A DNA stretch of 64,000 nt. Origin: Acidobacteriota bacterium. Its GTDB lineage: Bacteria > Acidobacteriota > Thermoanaerobaculia > Multivoradales > Multivoraceae. This document shows, one piece after another, positions 29,591-39,047 of this stretch. The first letter of the stretch is position 1; each line of letters opens with the position of its first letter. The position numbers and the translations under genes are program-made. The stretch lies in NCBI GenBank assembly GCA_029263415.1, contig JAJCXN010000023.1:20376-84375 (forward strand), written 5' to 3'. The notes under the pieces were generated by a model. That model worked only from the letters and a program-made list of their open reading frames with translations. It was not told the DNA's origin and made no database searches.

Positions 29591-30958
29591 ATGCCCCTGG
29601 CCAACTCTGCTCTTGCCTTCGTTCTCGCGCTCCCAGCGCTCGAGACAACACTCTTCACTCGGCTTCCGCTTGAGTGGGTAGCCGCGGTTGCACTGGGGCT
29701 TGTCGCCATCATTCTGGCAGCGCTCTGGCTTCGAGCGCGGCAAGCTCTCGCCGTCACCGCGAAGGCGTTTGGCCTGGTCGTGGATGACCCGGGGAATTCC
29801 GCAACGGTGCCCACCAGCGGCGCACTGGCGGGATCCGGCCCCACACTCAACAAGGCACTCAACCGGATGCGTGGAGCCCAGGTCAAAGCACAGTTGCACG
29901 ATCAAGCGCTTGCCACCTTGGAGCCGGAGCACATCCTGGAAGCTTCAGCTCGCTTGACTGAGCCGATCATCGCCGCCGACGGGCTAGAAGCGATGACCAT
30001 CACCTGCGTTCGCTTCTATCGCGACACCGATCTATTGGCGCAAAGCCATTCTCGGCTGCCGGACGGAAGCCAAGACATGGTGGTTCTCAAAATGCAACCT
30101 GCACCGCAACTGAGCGAGGTTGGCACGCAGGCCCTGCGTTTCTCTAGCGCTGCAGAACTGCCCGACTATCTAGCAAATCTCGAACGCCCGATGGCGGATG
30201 GCGAGCTCGCACATCTAGATGTCATTCCGCTGCGCGTGGCCCCGCGCGACGCGGGAGCAAACAAAGAAGTGCTCGGCGCTCTCGCCCTCGGCAGAGCCAA
30301 CTCCGCGGCCCAGCCCCTTCGATTCGGTGACGCTCCAGGCGTTCTTGCACTTAGCCGTTCAATCGCTCATGCCCTAGCCACCTGCGAGCGCAAGCTCGCC
30401 ACCGAGCGCCTCGCCGCAGACTCTCTGCTCGCGCTGGCAAGAGCCGCAGATGCAACCTCCGCTTACACCCGCGGCCACTCCGAACGCGTGGCGCAGTTGG
30501 CAATGAGGCTCGGTAAAAGGCTGGATCTTTTGCCCTCAGAACTCGAACGACTGCGGCGCGCTGCCCTCCTTCACGATCTGGGCAGCGTCGCGATCTCACA
30601 ACGGCTCCTGGGTCAAGAGGAATCCTACGATGAAGAACAGCGCGCCAAAATGCGGCCGCACATAGAACTCGGCCTCGCAATCCTCGAACCACTGAGTGCC
30701 TTCAACGACGTTCGCGAGGTAATCCATCACCACCACGAGTGGTGGAACGGCGAAGGCTACCCGCAGGGGCTCGCTGGCGAAGACATCAACCCACTCGCTC
30801 GCATCTTGAGCGTTGTCGACGTCTACGAAGCACTGACGTCAACCCGACCCTACCGTCGAGCTCTCGAACCGGAGCGAGCCCTCGCTCACCTGGGTGACCG
30901 AGCAGGCACCCAGTTCGAACCTCGGGTGATCGAAACGCTCGTGGAAAGCTTACGCTAA
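29591..30958 (+). CDS. Membrane-anchored HD-GYP cyclic dinucleotide phosphodiesterase
   Basis: N-terminal TM; YTRGHSERVA, LLHDLG, HHEWWNGEGYPQGL, RILSVVDVYEALTSTRPYR and GTQFEP. Confidence 0.9.
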   Translation: MPLANSALAFVLALPALETTLFTRLPLEWVAAVALGLVAIILAALWLRARQALAVTAKAFGLVVDDPGNSATVPTSGALAGSGPTLNKALNRMRGAQVKAQLHDQALATLEPEHILEASARLTEPIIAADGLEAMTITCVRFYRDTDLLAQSHSRLPDGSQDMVVLKMQPAPQLSEVGTQALRFSSAAELPDYLANLERPMADGELAHLDVIPLRVAPRDAGANKEVLGALALGRANSAAQPLRFGDAPGVLALSRSIAHALATCERKLATERLAADSLLALARAADATSAYTRGHSERVAQLAMRLGKRLDLLPSELERLRRAALLHDLGSVAISQRLLGQEESYDEEQRAKMRPHIELGLAILEPLSAFNDVREVIHHHHEWWNGEGYPQGLAGEDINPLARILSVVDVYEALTSTRPYRRALEPERALAHLGDRAGTQFEPRVIETLVESLR

Positions 30959-31017
30959 GAACCGCAGCGAGACCTGCGGTAGACAGCCGCAGGCCTCGTG
31001 CATCGTCCTAGTCGCGA

Positions 31018-32787
31018 CTACGGATTCTCGCCGGGAGCTACCCCGTATCGATAGCCCTGCCTCGCCTTGACCTTAGCGCCGGCCGCCGTGGTCTCGATCT
31101 CAACCTCTTGATAGCCCTGGGTGCCCAGGTCGTACTCGGTGCGATACGACAGCAGATAGTAGGCCGCGTTGTCCTTTGCAACCTGTTTGAGCGGGGTCTT
31201 CACGTTGTTGTGGTTCGAGTAGTAGTAGCCGCCTGTATCCTGAGCGATCACACTCAGCGAATCGGTGATACCGGTCATCGTGTTGCCACCACGCCGGGCG
31301 CCTAAGGTGTTGATCGCGTAGACAGCGACGTTGCCGTTGTTCAGCGACTGCTCCATGGGCGGGTAATAGCGGGCATCGGGAACATAATCGCCAAACGAAC
31401 CACGCGTCTCGCCGAACCCGAGGGAAAACAGCACCAAGTTCTTGCGACCAGCTATGCCTTCTGCCGCATTGCCGAGCAACTCGAGCGCCTGCTGAATCTT
31501 AGGGGTCGCCTTCGACAGGGTCGCGCCGGTGGGCAGGTTGACGAACAGAGACGGGCTATCTGGATCGAACACCGGGGCCGAGCGAGACTTCCAGCGATCC
31601 GGATCCTTGCCGCCGCGCGAAGCCGCCAGAATGGCCTCAGCAATCTCGTTGCGATCGCGACTGAAGTCTTGGTAGAGCTTCAGCCGCACGTCGTAGCCGA
31701 CCACTGCAATCTGGTCGTTCGGCAGCATGCCGTCCTCCAGCCAGCGGGTGGCCCAGCGACCGGCGTCGATCTGTGATCCGGTGAGTTGCGGATTGGCCTG
31801 CTTCAGATCGTGAAACATGAAGATGAAGTAGCGATCCGTACGGGCATTGCCTTCGCGACCGGAGCCTGAGAACTCCTCACCACCGTAGAATGTGGCGCTG
31901 GTCACTTCCCGAACTTCGCCGTTCTCGCTAACAACAAAATCGTCCGGTCCGAGACCAACGATCGGGTTACCCTTCTTGTCGTTGACCAGCACGTCCAGCA
32001 GAACTTCGCGCACCACAACCCGGTCCTGAATCACGTCGCGAGGCCTGGTGGGGGGAGCGGTGGTTGCCGTGGCTCGCGGCACGTCGGCCGCGACCCGCGC
32101 GGGCGCAGCCGTTGTCGCGGTCGCGGTCGCTGAGACCGGCTTAGCCGGAGTAGTGACCGCCGATGGCGTCACGGCCGGAGTGGTGGTCGTTGCGCTGCTT
32201 GAAGCGCGCGGAGCCGGAGCCGATGCAGCTGTGGCTGCAGCGGGCGCTCTGGTCGTAGCGGTGGGTTCCGCGGTGCTAGACGTGGCGCGCACTGCAGAAG
32301 CCTGCGCTTTGGCTTCTTCCTTGGCCGCTCGTTCCGCGGCGCGGCGCTCGCTGCGAGACGGTTTGGGCGCCTCCTCCTTGACAACTTGTGCAGGAGCAGC
32401 CTCAGCCTCAGCAGGAGCAGGAGCAGGAGCAGGAGCAGCCTCAACAGGTGCGGGAGCCGCAGCCGTCGGTTTGCTCTCCTCAACCACCGGTGCCGGAGCA
32501 ACCTCCGTCACTTCGGATTCCTCAGGCGCAGTGGAAGGAGGCGGCTCGCTGGGCACCATCCGCGCCTTGACCGTCTTGCCGCGCTGCTTCTTTTTTTTCT
32601 TGTCCTGCTGGACAAAAGCGCCTGCCGCTGAGGGCTCAAAGGCTGTTGGCTCGGGGGTATGGGCGCTGAGCCAGCTCGCAGTCAATACTGCGGTAGCGAA
32701 GGCCAAGCCAGTGAGTCCTGCTTGGTACCTGCGAGCGGGAAAGAGCAGCCGGCTGGCGGCGCTGTTGCGATCGGTGTGCTTCGACAT
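31018..32787 (-). CDS. VWFA-related acidobacterial domain protein with long Ala/Pro/Thr-rich linker
   Basis: VLLDVLVNDKKGNPIVGLGPDDFVVSENG, GRKNLVLFSLG, IAQDTGG, YYLLSY and VKARQGY; signal peptide; about 170-aa low-complexity stalk. Confidence 0.85.
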   Translation of the reverse strand: MSKHTDRNSAASRLLFPARRYQAGLTGLAFATAVLTASWLSAHTPEPTAFEPSAAGAFVQQDKKKKKQRGKTVKARMVPSEPPPSTAPEESEVTEVAPAPVVEESKPTAAAPAPVEAAPAPAPAPAEAEAAPAQVVKEEAPKPSRSERRAAERAAKEEAKAQASAVRATSSTAEPTATTRAPAAATAASAPAPRASSSATTTTPAVTPSAVTTPAKPVSATATATTAAPARVAADVPRATATTAPPTRPRDVIQDRVVVREVLLDVLVNDKKGNPIVGLGPDDFVVSENGEVREVTSATFYGGEEFSGSGREGNARTDRYFIFMFHDLKQANPQLTGSQIDAGRWATRWLEDGMLPNDQIAVVGYDVRLKLYQDFSRDRNEIAEAILAASRGGKDPDRWKSRSAPVFDPDSPSLFVNLPTGATLSKATPKIQQALELLGNAAEGIAGRKNLVLFSLGFGETRGSFGDYVPDARYYPPMEQSLNNGNVAVYAINTLGARRGGNTMTGITDSLSVIAQDTGGYYYSNHNNVKTPLKQVAKDNAAYYLLSYRTEYDLGTQGYQEVEIETTAAGAKVKARQGYRYGVAPGENP

Positions 32788-33069
32788 AGGAGTGCCTCAG
32801 TTTCGTGAGCAGTCTGGGAACACCAGGTTCCCACATGTGGGTCGTGCGATGTTCGAGTCGTGCGATGCAGGGGTGCAACGCGCGTCATTCGGAAAGTTGT
32901 TCGCTGAAGTGTACGGGACGCGCAGTCTCGTGGTGTGAGATCGACAACAGACGGGCGAGGTCAGATTCTTCCCGCCTAAGCAAAAAGCCGCAGCCACAGC
33001 ACCGAACAGCCCCCGCGAACACCCCCATGGATCGGTTACTGTCGAGGGCTCACCCCATTATCAGACCCG

Positions 33070-34845
33070 ATGATCACTCTCCGCCGAGAGATGGAGCGCC
33101 CCTTGCTGTCGACGACCTTAATTCGAAGCCTCACCAATCTTCAACCGCGCCACCTCCATTCAGCGCTAGTCATCGCAACACTGTTGGTGGGCGCAATCGG
33201 TTGCACCAACCCAGAATCCAACCGTCCTCCGGCCGATCGAGTCATCCTGGGCACCATCCACACGGTCAACAGCTCCAACACGATCGACAACGGGATTGCG
33301 ATCACCAACGGACTGATCGTTGCAGTAGGCAGCGAGGCAGAGATCCGCGACTACATCGGCGAGAACACCCTAGTCACGGAGCTCGGCGATCGCGCCTTGA
33401 TTCCCGGTTTCGTTGACGGCCATAGCCATTTGCAGATGACCGGTGACACCTCAACCTTTACCGTCAATCTCACTTCACCGCCAGTGGGATCGCTGACCAC
33501 CATCGATGAGGTTGTGGCCGCCCTCAAGACGCAGGCCGACCAAGCCGCGCCCGGAGAATGGGTGGTCGGCTTCGGCTACGACGACACCTTGCTGAGTGAG
33601 CTACGACACCCCACCCGCGAGGATCTAGATCGCGCGAGTTCGACCCTGCCGATCCTCGCCTTTCACGTGTCGGGGCATCTCGCGGTGGCCAACTCCAGAG
33701 CCTTAGAGCTGGGTGGCATCACTCAGGACACCGCGCAGCCTCCTGGCGGGCGCATCCGCAAGGACGCGTCGGGGCAACCCAATGGCGTGCTCGAAGAGGG
33801 CTCAGCCTTCGGCCGGGTCTTCGTTCAGATTCCGCCGCGCACTGATCAAGAGCGAAGCACAGCACTGTCAACAGCAATCGGGATCTACGCCGCAGCCGGG
33901 ATCACTACCGCTCAAAACGGACTCACCACGATTCCCGCGCTCAACGACCTCGCCAAGCTTGATGCCTCCTCAGCCATGCCGATCCGAGTCGTGGCTTGGC
34001 CTGATCTTGTCGCCAGCCAAACCATGCTTAGGGGCGAGGCCACGTTCCCAACTGACACCGAGAACCTGCGTATCGGCGCAACCAAGATCACTGCCGATGG
34101 CTCGATCCAGGGCTATACCGGTTTCTTAGGAGAGCCCTACCACGCTGCCTTCCAGGGTGATCCCGAGTATCGCGGCTATCCGATCCAGTCGAGAGAAGCC
34201 CTCACAGAGGCGGTTCTCGAACTGTGGGAGAACGGTCGGCAGATCGCCATCCACGGCAATGGCGACGCTGCGATCGACGACATCCTGTATGCCTATGGTC
34301 AAGCACAAGACCGCTTTGGCGATGCAACCCAGCGTCGACCGATCATCATTCATGCGCAAATGACTCGCCCCGACCAAATCGAGACCATGGCGCAACTGGG
34401 TGTGGTTCCGTCGTTCTTCCAGCTCCACACCTACTACTGGGGCGATCGTCACCGCGACATCTTCATGGGTCCTGAGCGCGCCGCACGCATGAGCCCGACC
34501 AAAAGCGCGCTCGACGCAGGCCTTCATTTCACAGTGCACGCAGACACGCCAGTGGTGCCCATGGAGCCGGTGCGCATGTTGTGGGCCGCAGTCAACCGAA
34601 CGACCAGCAACGGTCACTCGCTAGGACCAGAAGAACGGCTCACCGTTCAACAGGCACTGCGCGCCTTGACCATCGAGGGTGCCTACCAGCACTTCCTGGA
34701 GACCGAAATCGGCTCGCTCGAGGTCGGCAAGAAGGCCGACTTCGTCGTCCTGTCGCGCGATCCGTTAGCGGTCGAACCGACCGCCCTGGACCAGCTCGAG
34801 GTGCTCGAAACGGTGGTTGGTGGCACCACCGTATTTAGCAGATAA
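33070..34845 (+). CDS. Amidohydrolase-3 (YtcJ-like) lipoprotein
   Basis: Lipobox AIGC; PGFVDGHSH, KITADGSIQG, AIHGNGD, IIHAQ and GSLEVGKKADFVVL. Confidence 0.9.
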   Translation: MITLRREMERPLLSTTLIRSLTNLQPRHLHSALVIATLLVGAIGCTNPESNRPPADRVILGTIHTVNSSNTIDNGIAITNGLIVAVGSEAEIRDYIGENTLVTELGDRALIPGFVDGHSHLQMTGDTSTFTVNLTSPPVGSLTTIDEVVAALKTQADQAAPGEWVVGFGYDDTLLSELRHPTREDLDRASSTLPILAFHVSGHLAVANSRALELGGITQDTAQPPGGRIRKDASGQPNGVLEEGSAFGRVFVQIPPRTDQERSTALSTAIGIYAAAGITTAQNGLTTIPALNDLAKLDASSAMPIRVVAWPDLVASQTMLRGEATFPTDTENLRIGATKITADGSIQGYTGFLGEPYHAAFQGDPEYRGYPIQSREALTEAVLELWENGRQIAIHGNGDAAIDDILYAYGQAQDRFGDATQRRPIIIHAQMTRPDQIETMAQLGVVPSFFQLHTYYWGDRHRDIFMGPERAARMSPTKSALDAGLHFTVHADTPVVPMEPVRMLWAAVNRTTSNGHSLGPEERLTVQQALRALTIEGAYQHFLETEIGSLEVGKKADFVVLSRDPLAVEPTALDQLEVLETVVGGTTVFSR

Positions 34846-34895
34846 GAGATGGCTGCCCTTACGGACCCGGAAATGGCTGCGGGGGGCACGTTGGC

Positions 34896-35465
34896 CTATG
34901 CAGCCACCGACGGTCGCGATGAGCCATGAACTCCGAGGCGCATGGTCATCGCGACCAAAGCCAGAGCAACCAGTAGTCCCGCCAAGTTTGCCACCAGCAG
35001 TGGTCCGCTGTTCAGCGTGATCAACATGGCAATGGGCGAGCAAACAATCAGTACTAGGGCCGTCCACCGGGGCACGGAAACATGATGAAAGTGCCCGATA
35101 CCTAACACCACCAATCCCAACGTCGCCGCGATCAAGGCGCCCGAGAACAGTGAACTATCGCGGATCACCTGGGTCAATTCAAGGTCCCACGAACGGGCCA
35201 CCGGCCAAGGCGGCGCTGCCAGAACCAGCAAGCCCAACGAAGTCAGCAAGACCCCAAGGGGGATCACCTTGGCGACTCCAGATGCGGAGCCAGCGGCCCT
35301 TGATGCGGTACTGAGTCCCCAGAGCCCTAAGCTGATCAACACATTGACCAAAGACATGAGCACCAGGACGATGCTCGTTCTGGTACCCAACCCCAACACC
35401 ATGACCTCGACCAGCAATAAGCCGATCGATCCAACAAGCAAAATGGTCAGCAGCTTCTTCATCAT
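34896..35465 (-). CDS. Hypothetical integral membrane protein
   Basis: 189 aa with about six hydrophobic segments; no recognised motif. Confidence 0.6.
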   Translation of the reverse strand: MMKKLLTILLVGSIGLLLVEVMVLGLGTRTSIVLVLMSLVNVLISLGLWGLSTASRAAGSASGVAKVIPLGVLLTSLGLLVLAAPPWPVARSWDLELTQVIRDSSLFSGALIAATLGLVVLGIGHFHHVSVPRWTALVLIVCSPIAMLITLNSGPLLVANLAGLLVALALVAMTMRLGVHGSSRPSVAA

Positions 35466-35622
35466 CGGCGGTCTCCTGCACTCGCCGCGTCGTCTGCGGC
35501 ATCGAGTCGCTTGGCGGCATTGATCTGTGGCGTGGTCGGTCTCAACGATGGCCCACGATAGCGGATCTCGGCTCGAGAATCACCGCTGGCCGTCACCGTG
35601 TGACAGCACAGCTCCCTCTAGC

Positions 35623-35994
35623 TCAAACGTGTTGGTCCACCAACACCGGATTGCCATCTGGGTCGACCACGGCGAAATGGGCGGGCCCGGTGGTGGATTC
35701 ATCGGCCTCGTCCACGAACTCTACGCCTTGTTCCTTGAGCGACTGTTGCAACTGGCGAATGTCAGTGAACCCCTCAACCTCTTCCGCGTTGCTGTTCCAA
35801 CCGGGATTAAAGGTCAACGTGTTCTTCTCGAACATGCCTTGAAACAGGCCGATCACATGCGTGCCGTTCTTGAGAATCAGCCAATTCTGCGCGACATCAC
35901 CGCCGGCCTCCTGGAAACCGAACTTTGCGTAGAACGCGCGCGACGCCTCGATGTCCTTCACTGCCAGGCTGACTGAGAATGCTCCTAGTTCCAT
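35623..35994 (-). CDS. VOC/glyoxalase family protein
   Basis: LGAFSVSLAVKDIEASRAFYAKFGF...DPDGNPVLVDQH. Confidence 0.9.
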   Translation of the reverse strand: MELGAFSVSLAVKDIEASRAFYAKFGFQEAGGDVAQNWLILKNGTHVIGLFQGMFEKNTLTFNPGWNSNAEEVEGFTDIRQLQQSLKEQGVEFVDEADESTTGPAHFAVVDPDGNPVLVDQHV

Positions 35995-36050
35995 GTGAGA
36001 TGACTCCTTGTTGATGATGTTCGTGTGGGCCGTGTGAATCGTTGATGCTG

Positions 36051-37751
36051 CTATGCCTCAATCGCGCTCGACAAGAACTGTGGCGCAGTGCGGTGTTGAG
36101 TGGCCTGCTCGAAGCCATAGCAAATAGCTAGCAGCGTCGGCTCGGAGAAGGCACGGCCGAAGAACGACAACCCCACCGGCAGGCCATGAATGAAACCCAT
36201 TGGTACCGTAATGTTGGGATAGCCGGCAATCGCCGCAGGGCTACTGCTGCCTCCGGAGAAATGATCGCCGTTGACCAGATCGGTCACCCAGGCGGGGCCT
36301 CCAGTCGGCGCGATGAGCGCGTCCAGGGTGTCCGCATCCATGATGCGGTCGATGCCTTCCTTGCCCGCAAGGCGTTTGCAGGTCGCGAGCGCATCGGCGT
36401 ACTTTGGATCTTCAACTCCACCGGTGGCTTCGGCAATGTGGAAAATTTCTTGCTGAAAGTAGGGCATCTCGCGATCGGCATTGGCCTCGTTGAAGGCAAT
36501 GACGTCGGCCAACGTCTTGACCGGTGCCTCGGGCCCGAGGCCAGCAAGATACTGGGCGAGGTCAGACTTGAGTTCGCAGCTGAGAACAGTGTAGGACGTG
36601 GCACCCATCTCGCGCGAGTTCTCGAACTCCACATCCACCACTACCGCACCTTTTTCCTCCAGGGTCGCGATCGCAGTTTCAAGTAGCGCGTCCACTCGAT
36701 CATCAAAACCGCTCGAACTGCGTACTACCCCGATCCGTTTGCCCGCAACTCCACCGTCATCGAGGAATTGTGAGTAGTCCTGTTGATGATCAGCAGCGGC
36801 CGCGGTGATGCCGTCTTCTGCATCCACCCCCACCAGAGCGGTCAGCACATGCGCTGCATCGCGCACGGTCCGCGCCATTGGCCCGGCGGTGTCCTGCGAA
36901 TGCGCGATCGGGATAATGCGTGAACGCGACACCAACCCGAGCGTGGGCTTGATCCCCACAAGACCGTTGGCTGAGCTCGGGCAAACAATCGATCCGTTGG
37001 TTTCGGTCCCGATCGCCGCCACGCACAAGTTGGCGGACGTAGCAGCGCCCGAGCCTGAACTCGAACCACAGGGATTGCGATTCAAGGCGTACGGGTTCTT
37101 GCATTGACCGCCGCGAGCACTCCAGCCGCTCGACGAATTGGTCGAGCGAATATTGGCCCATTCGGACAGATTTGCTTTGCCCAAAAGAACCGCCCCGGCG
37201 AGCCGTAGCTGCGCTGCCACGAACGAGTCCTTGGGCGGGATCGATCCAAGAAGCGCAAGCGAACCAGCGGTTGTGGTCATACGGTCGGCGGTCGCCACGT
37301 TGTCCTTGACCAGAATCGGCAGTCCATGAAGAGGGCCGCGCACCTTGCCCTGTGCCCGCTCAGCGTCCAGCGTCGCAGCGATGTTGAGAGCATCTGGGTT
37401 GGTCTCGATGATCGAACACAAGTAGGGGCCTTGCCGATCGATCAGCTCGATGCGATCCAAGTACGCCTGGGTCAAAGATTGAGACGTGGCTCGACCCTCG
37501 GCCATTGCCAGTTGCAAGGATTCAATATCGGCCTCAAGCCAATCGAAATCGTTGTAGTCGATGTCGCTTGCCTGCTTGCCACCCGCACTCGATCCGGTAC
37601 CAGGCTGAGCGCAGGCAGCACCAGTCAAAGCCACTGCTCCCACCACCCCGCTGGCATAGCCAAACAAACTGCGGCGATCGATTCCATCACCGCTGGCCAA
37701 CTGCTTTCCGCGCTTGGTGTTCTTGCTCGATTGGTTTCCGGTGCCGTTCAT
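36051..37751 (-). CDS. Amidase-signature family enzyme with Tat/lipoprotein signal
   Basis: DRRSLFG twin-arginine motif plus LTGAAC; GPLHGLPILVKDN, GSSSGSG and GTETNGSIVCPS (Ser-cisSer-Lys triad). Confidence 0.93.
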   Translation of the reverse strand: MNGTGNQSSKNTKRGKQLASGDGIDRRSLFGYASGVVGAVALTGAACAQPGTGSSAGGKQASDIDYNDFDWLEADIESLQLAMAEGRATSQSLTQAYLDRIELIDRQGPYLCSIIETNPDALNIAATLDAERAQGKVRGPLHGLPILVKDNVATADRMTTTAGSLALLGSIPPKDSFVAAQLRLAGAVLLGKANLSEWANIRSTNSSSGWSARGGQCKNPYALNRNPCGSSSGSGAATSANLCVAAIGTETNGSIVCPSSANGLVGIKPTLGLVSRSRIIPIAHSQDTAGPMARTVRDAAHVLTALVGVDAEDGITAAAADHQQDYSQFLDDGGVAGKRIGVVRSSSGFDDRVDALLETAIATLEEKGAVVVDVEFENSREMGATSYTVLSCELKSDLAQYLAGLGPEAPVKTLADVIAFNEANADREMPYFQQEIFHIAEATGGVEDPKYADALATCKRLAGKEGIDRIMDADTLDALIAPTGGPAWVTDLVNGDHFSGGSSSPAAIAGYPNITVPMGFIHGLPVGLSFFGRAFSEPTLLAICYGFEQATQHRTAPQFLSSAIEA

Positions 37752-37866
37752 GATCTTTGATTCTCCGCTGGACGTCGGCGCGAGCCACAGGCTACTGGTG
37801 CCGCTCGCAGTTTGAGGTGCTGTAGAGCCCTATCGTACTCATCCTCAGCCATGGTGCACTCAGACT

Positions 37867-38991
37867 ATGATCCGCAGCATGAGCAAGTCACCTAAGAAGG
37901 CCGTGTCAGACCAGATCAATCAAGCTAGCCAGAGCCCCAACGACGCCGAGTTCAACCTGGAACCACTGCGGCCGTTGGACCTCGCGCAGGTCCACAACTT
38001 CTCGGACCTCCTCGACTCGATGAAGATGACCGCCTTCGGGGGACGCCAGCTCGGTGAAGCGGCTGACATCCTGGTAGAAATGGTCGAGGACCCAGACTGC
38101 CTGGTTGTTGGCACCTTCACTGGGGCCATGACTGTCGCCAAGCAGGGGCTTCTGATCTGCGACATGCTCGATCAGGGCATGCTCGACGTGATGGTCTCGA
38201 CTGGAGCACTGATGGCTCACGGCTTCGTCGAAGCCGCTGGGCTGCAACATTTCAAGCATCAACCGGACCTGGACGACTCCGAGCTTCACGCTCGAGGCTT
38301 CGACCGCATCTACGACACGCTCGAACTCGAACAGAACCTTGACGACGTCGAGCTAATGTTCCGCCAAGCTCTTTCCGCCTGGCCCGACACCGTCACCGCC
38401 TGTTCATCGAGCATTCATCAAGTGCTGGGCGAGTGGCTGACCAAGAACACCGAAGGACGAGGCGTCTTGCGCTCTGCCTTCGAGAAGAACGTGCCGGTGT
38501 ATGTGCCAGCGTTCACCGACTCCGAACTTGGCCTCGATTTCGCGATCTTGAACCGTCTGCGCCGCTTAGACGGGCGAAGCCCCATCCCATTCGACCCGTT
38601 CCTCGATCTCGAGGATTACAGCGAAAAGGTCTTGACCAAGAAGCGGCTCGGCATCTTCACCATCGGTGGCGGAGTTCCCCGGAACTGGGCCCAGCAAGTG
38701 GGCCCGTTTCTCGACATCATCGGCAAACGCGGCGCTCGGGATCCCGCACTCCAAGCGGACGGTGAGAGCTTCAACCGGCGCTTCCAATACGCCGTCCGGA
38801 TCTGCCCTGAACCGGTGCATTGGGGCGGCCTATCCGGGTGCACCTACAGCGAAGGTGTCTCGTGGGGCAAGTTCATTCCCAAGAACGAGGGCGGCCGCTT
38901 TGCGGAAGTCCCTGCAGACGCCACAGTGGCCTGGCCATTGTTGTTGGCCGGGGTGATGGAGCGTCTTGGAAGGCGGCAGCCCCTCCGGTAA
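37867..38991 (+). CDS. Deoxyhypusine synthase-like protein (probable homospermidine synthase activity)
   Basis: TAFGGRQLGEA, VSTGAL, DRIYD, VPAFTDSELG, IGGGVPRNW and GGLSGCTYSEGVSWGK (catalytic Lys). Confidence 0.9.
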   Translation: MIRSMSKSPKKAVSDQINQASQSPNDAEFNLEPLRPLDLAQVHNFSDLLDSMKMTAFGGRQLGEAADILVEMVEDPDCLVVGTFTGAMTVAKQGLLICDMLDQGMLDVMVSTGALMAHGFVEAAGLQHFKHQPDLDDSELHARGFDRIYDTLELEQNLDDVELMFRQALSAWPDTVTACSSSIHQVLGEWLTKNTEGRGVLRSAFEKNVPVYVPAFTDSELGLDFAILNRLRRLDGRSPIPFDPFLDLEDYSEKVLTKKRLGIFTIGGGVPRNWAQQVGPFLDIIGKRGARDPALQADGESFNRRFQYAVRICPEPVHWGGLSGCTYSEGVSWGKFIPKNEGGRFAEVPADATVAWPLLLAGVMERLGRRQPLR

Positions 38992-39047
38992 CCCACTAGG
39001 GGGGAAACCCCGCATCGGCACAGGGACCATGCCTTTCAGATGATCCC

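Noticed and set aside
32591-32598. T8 homopolymer as a phase-variation tract
   Set aside because: It is short, simply encodes a Lys run, and the frame is intact.
32048-32938. 296-aa Ala/Gly/Val-rich ORF on the + strand
   Set aside because: Antisense shadow of the low-complexity linker of the VWFA protein.
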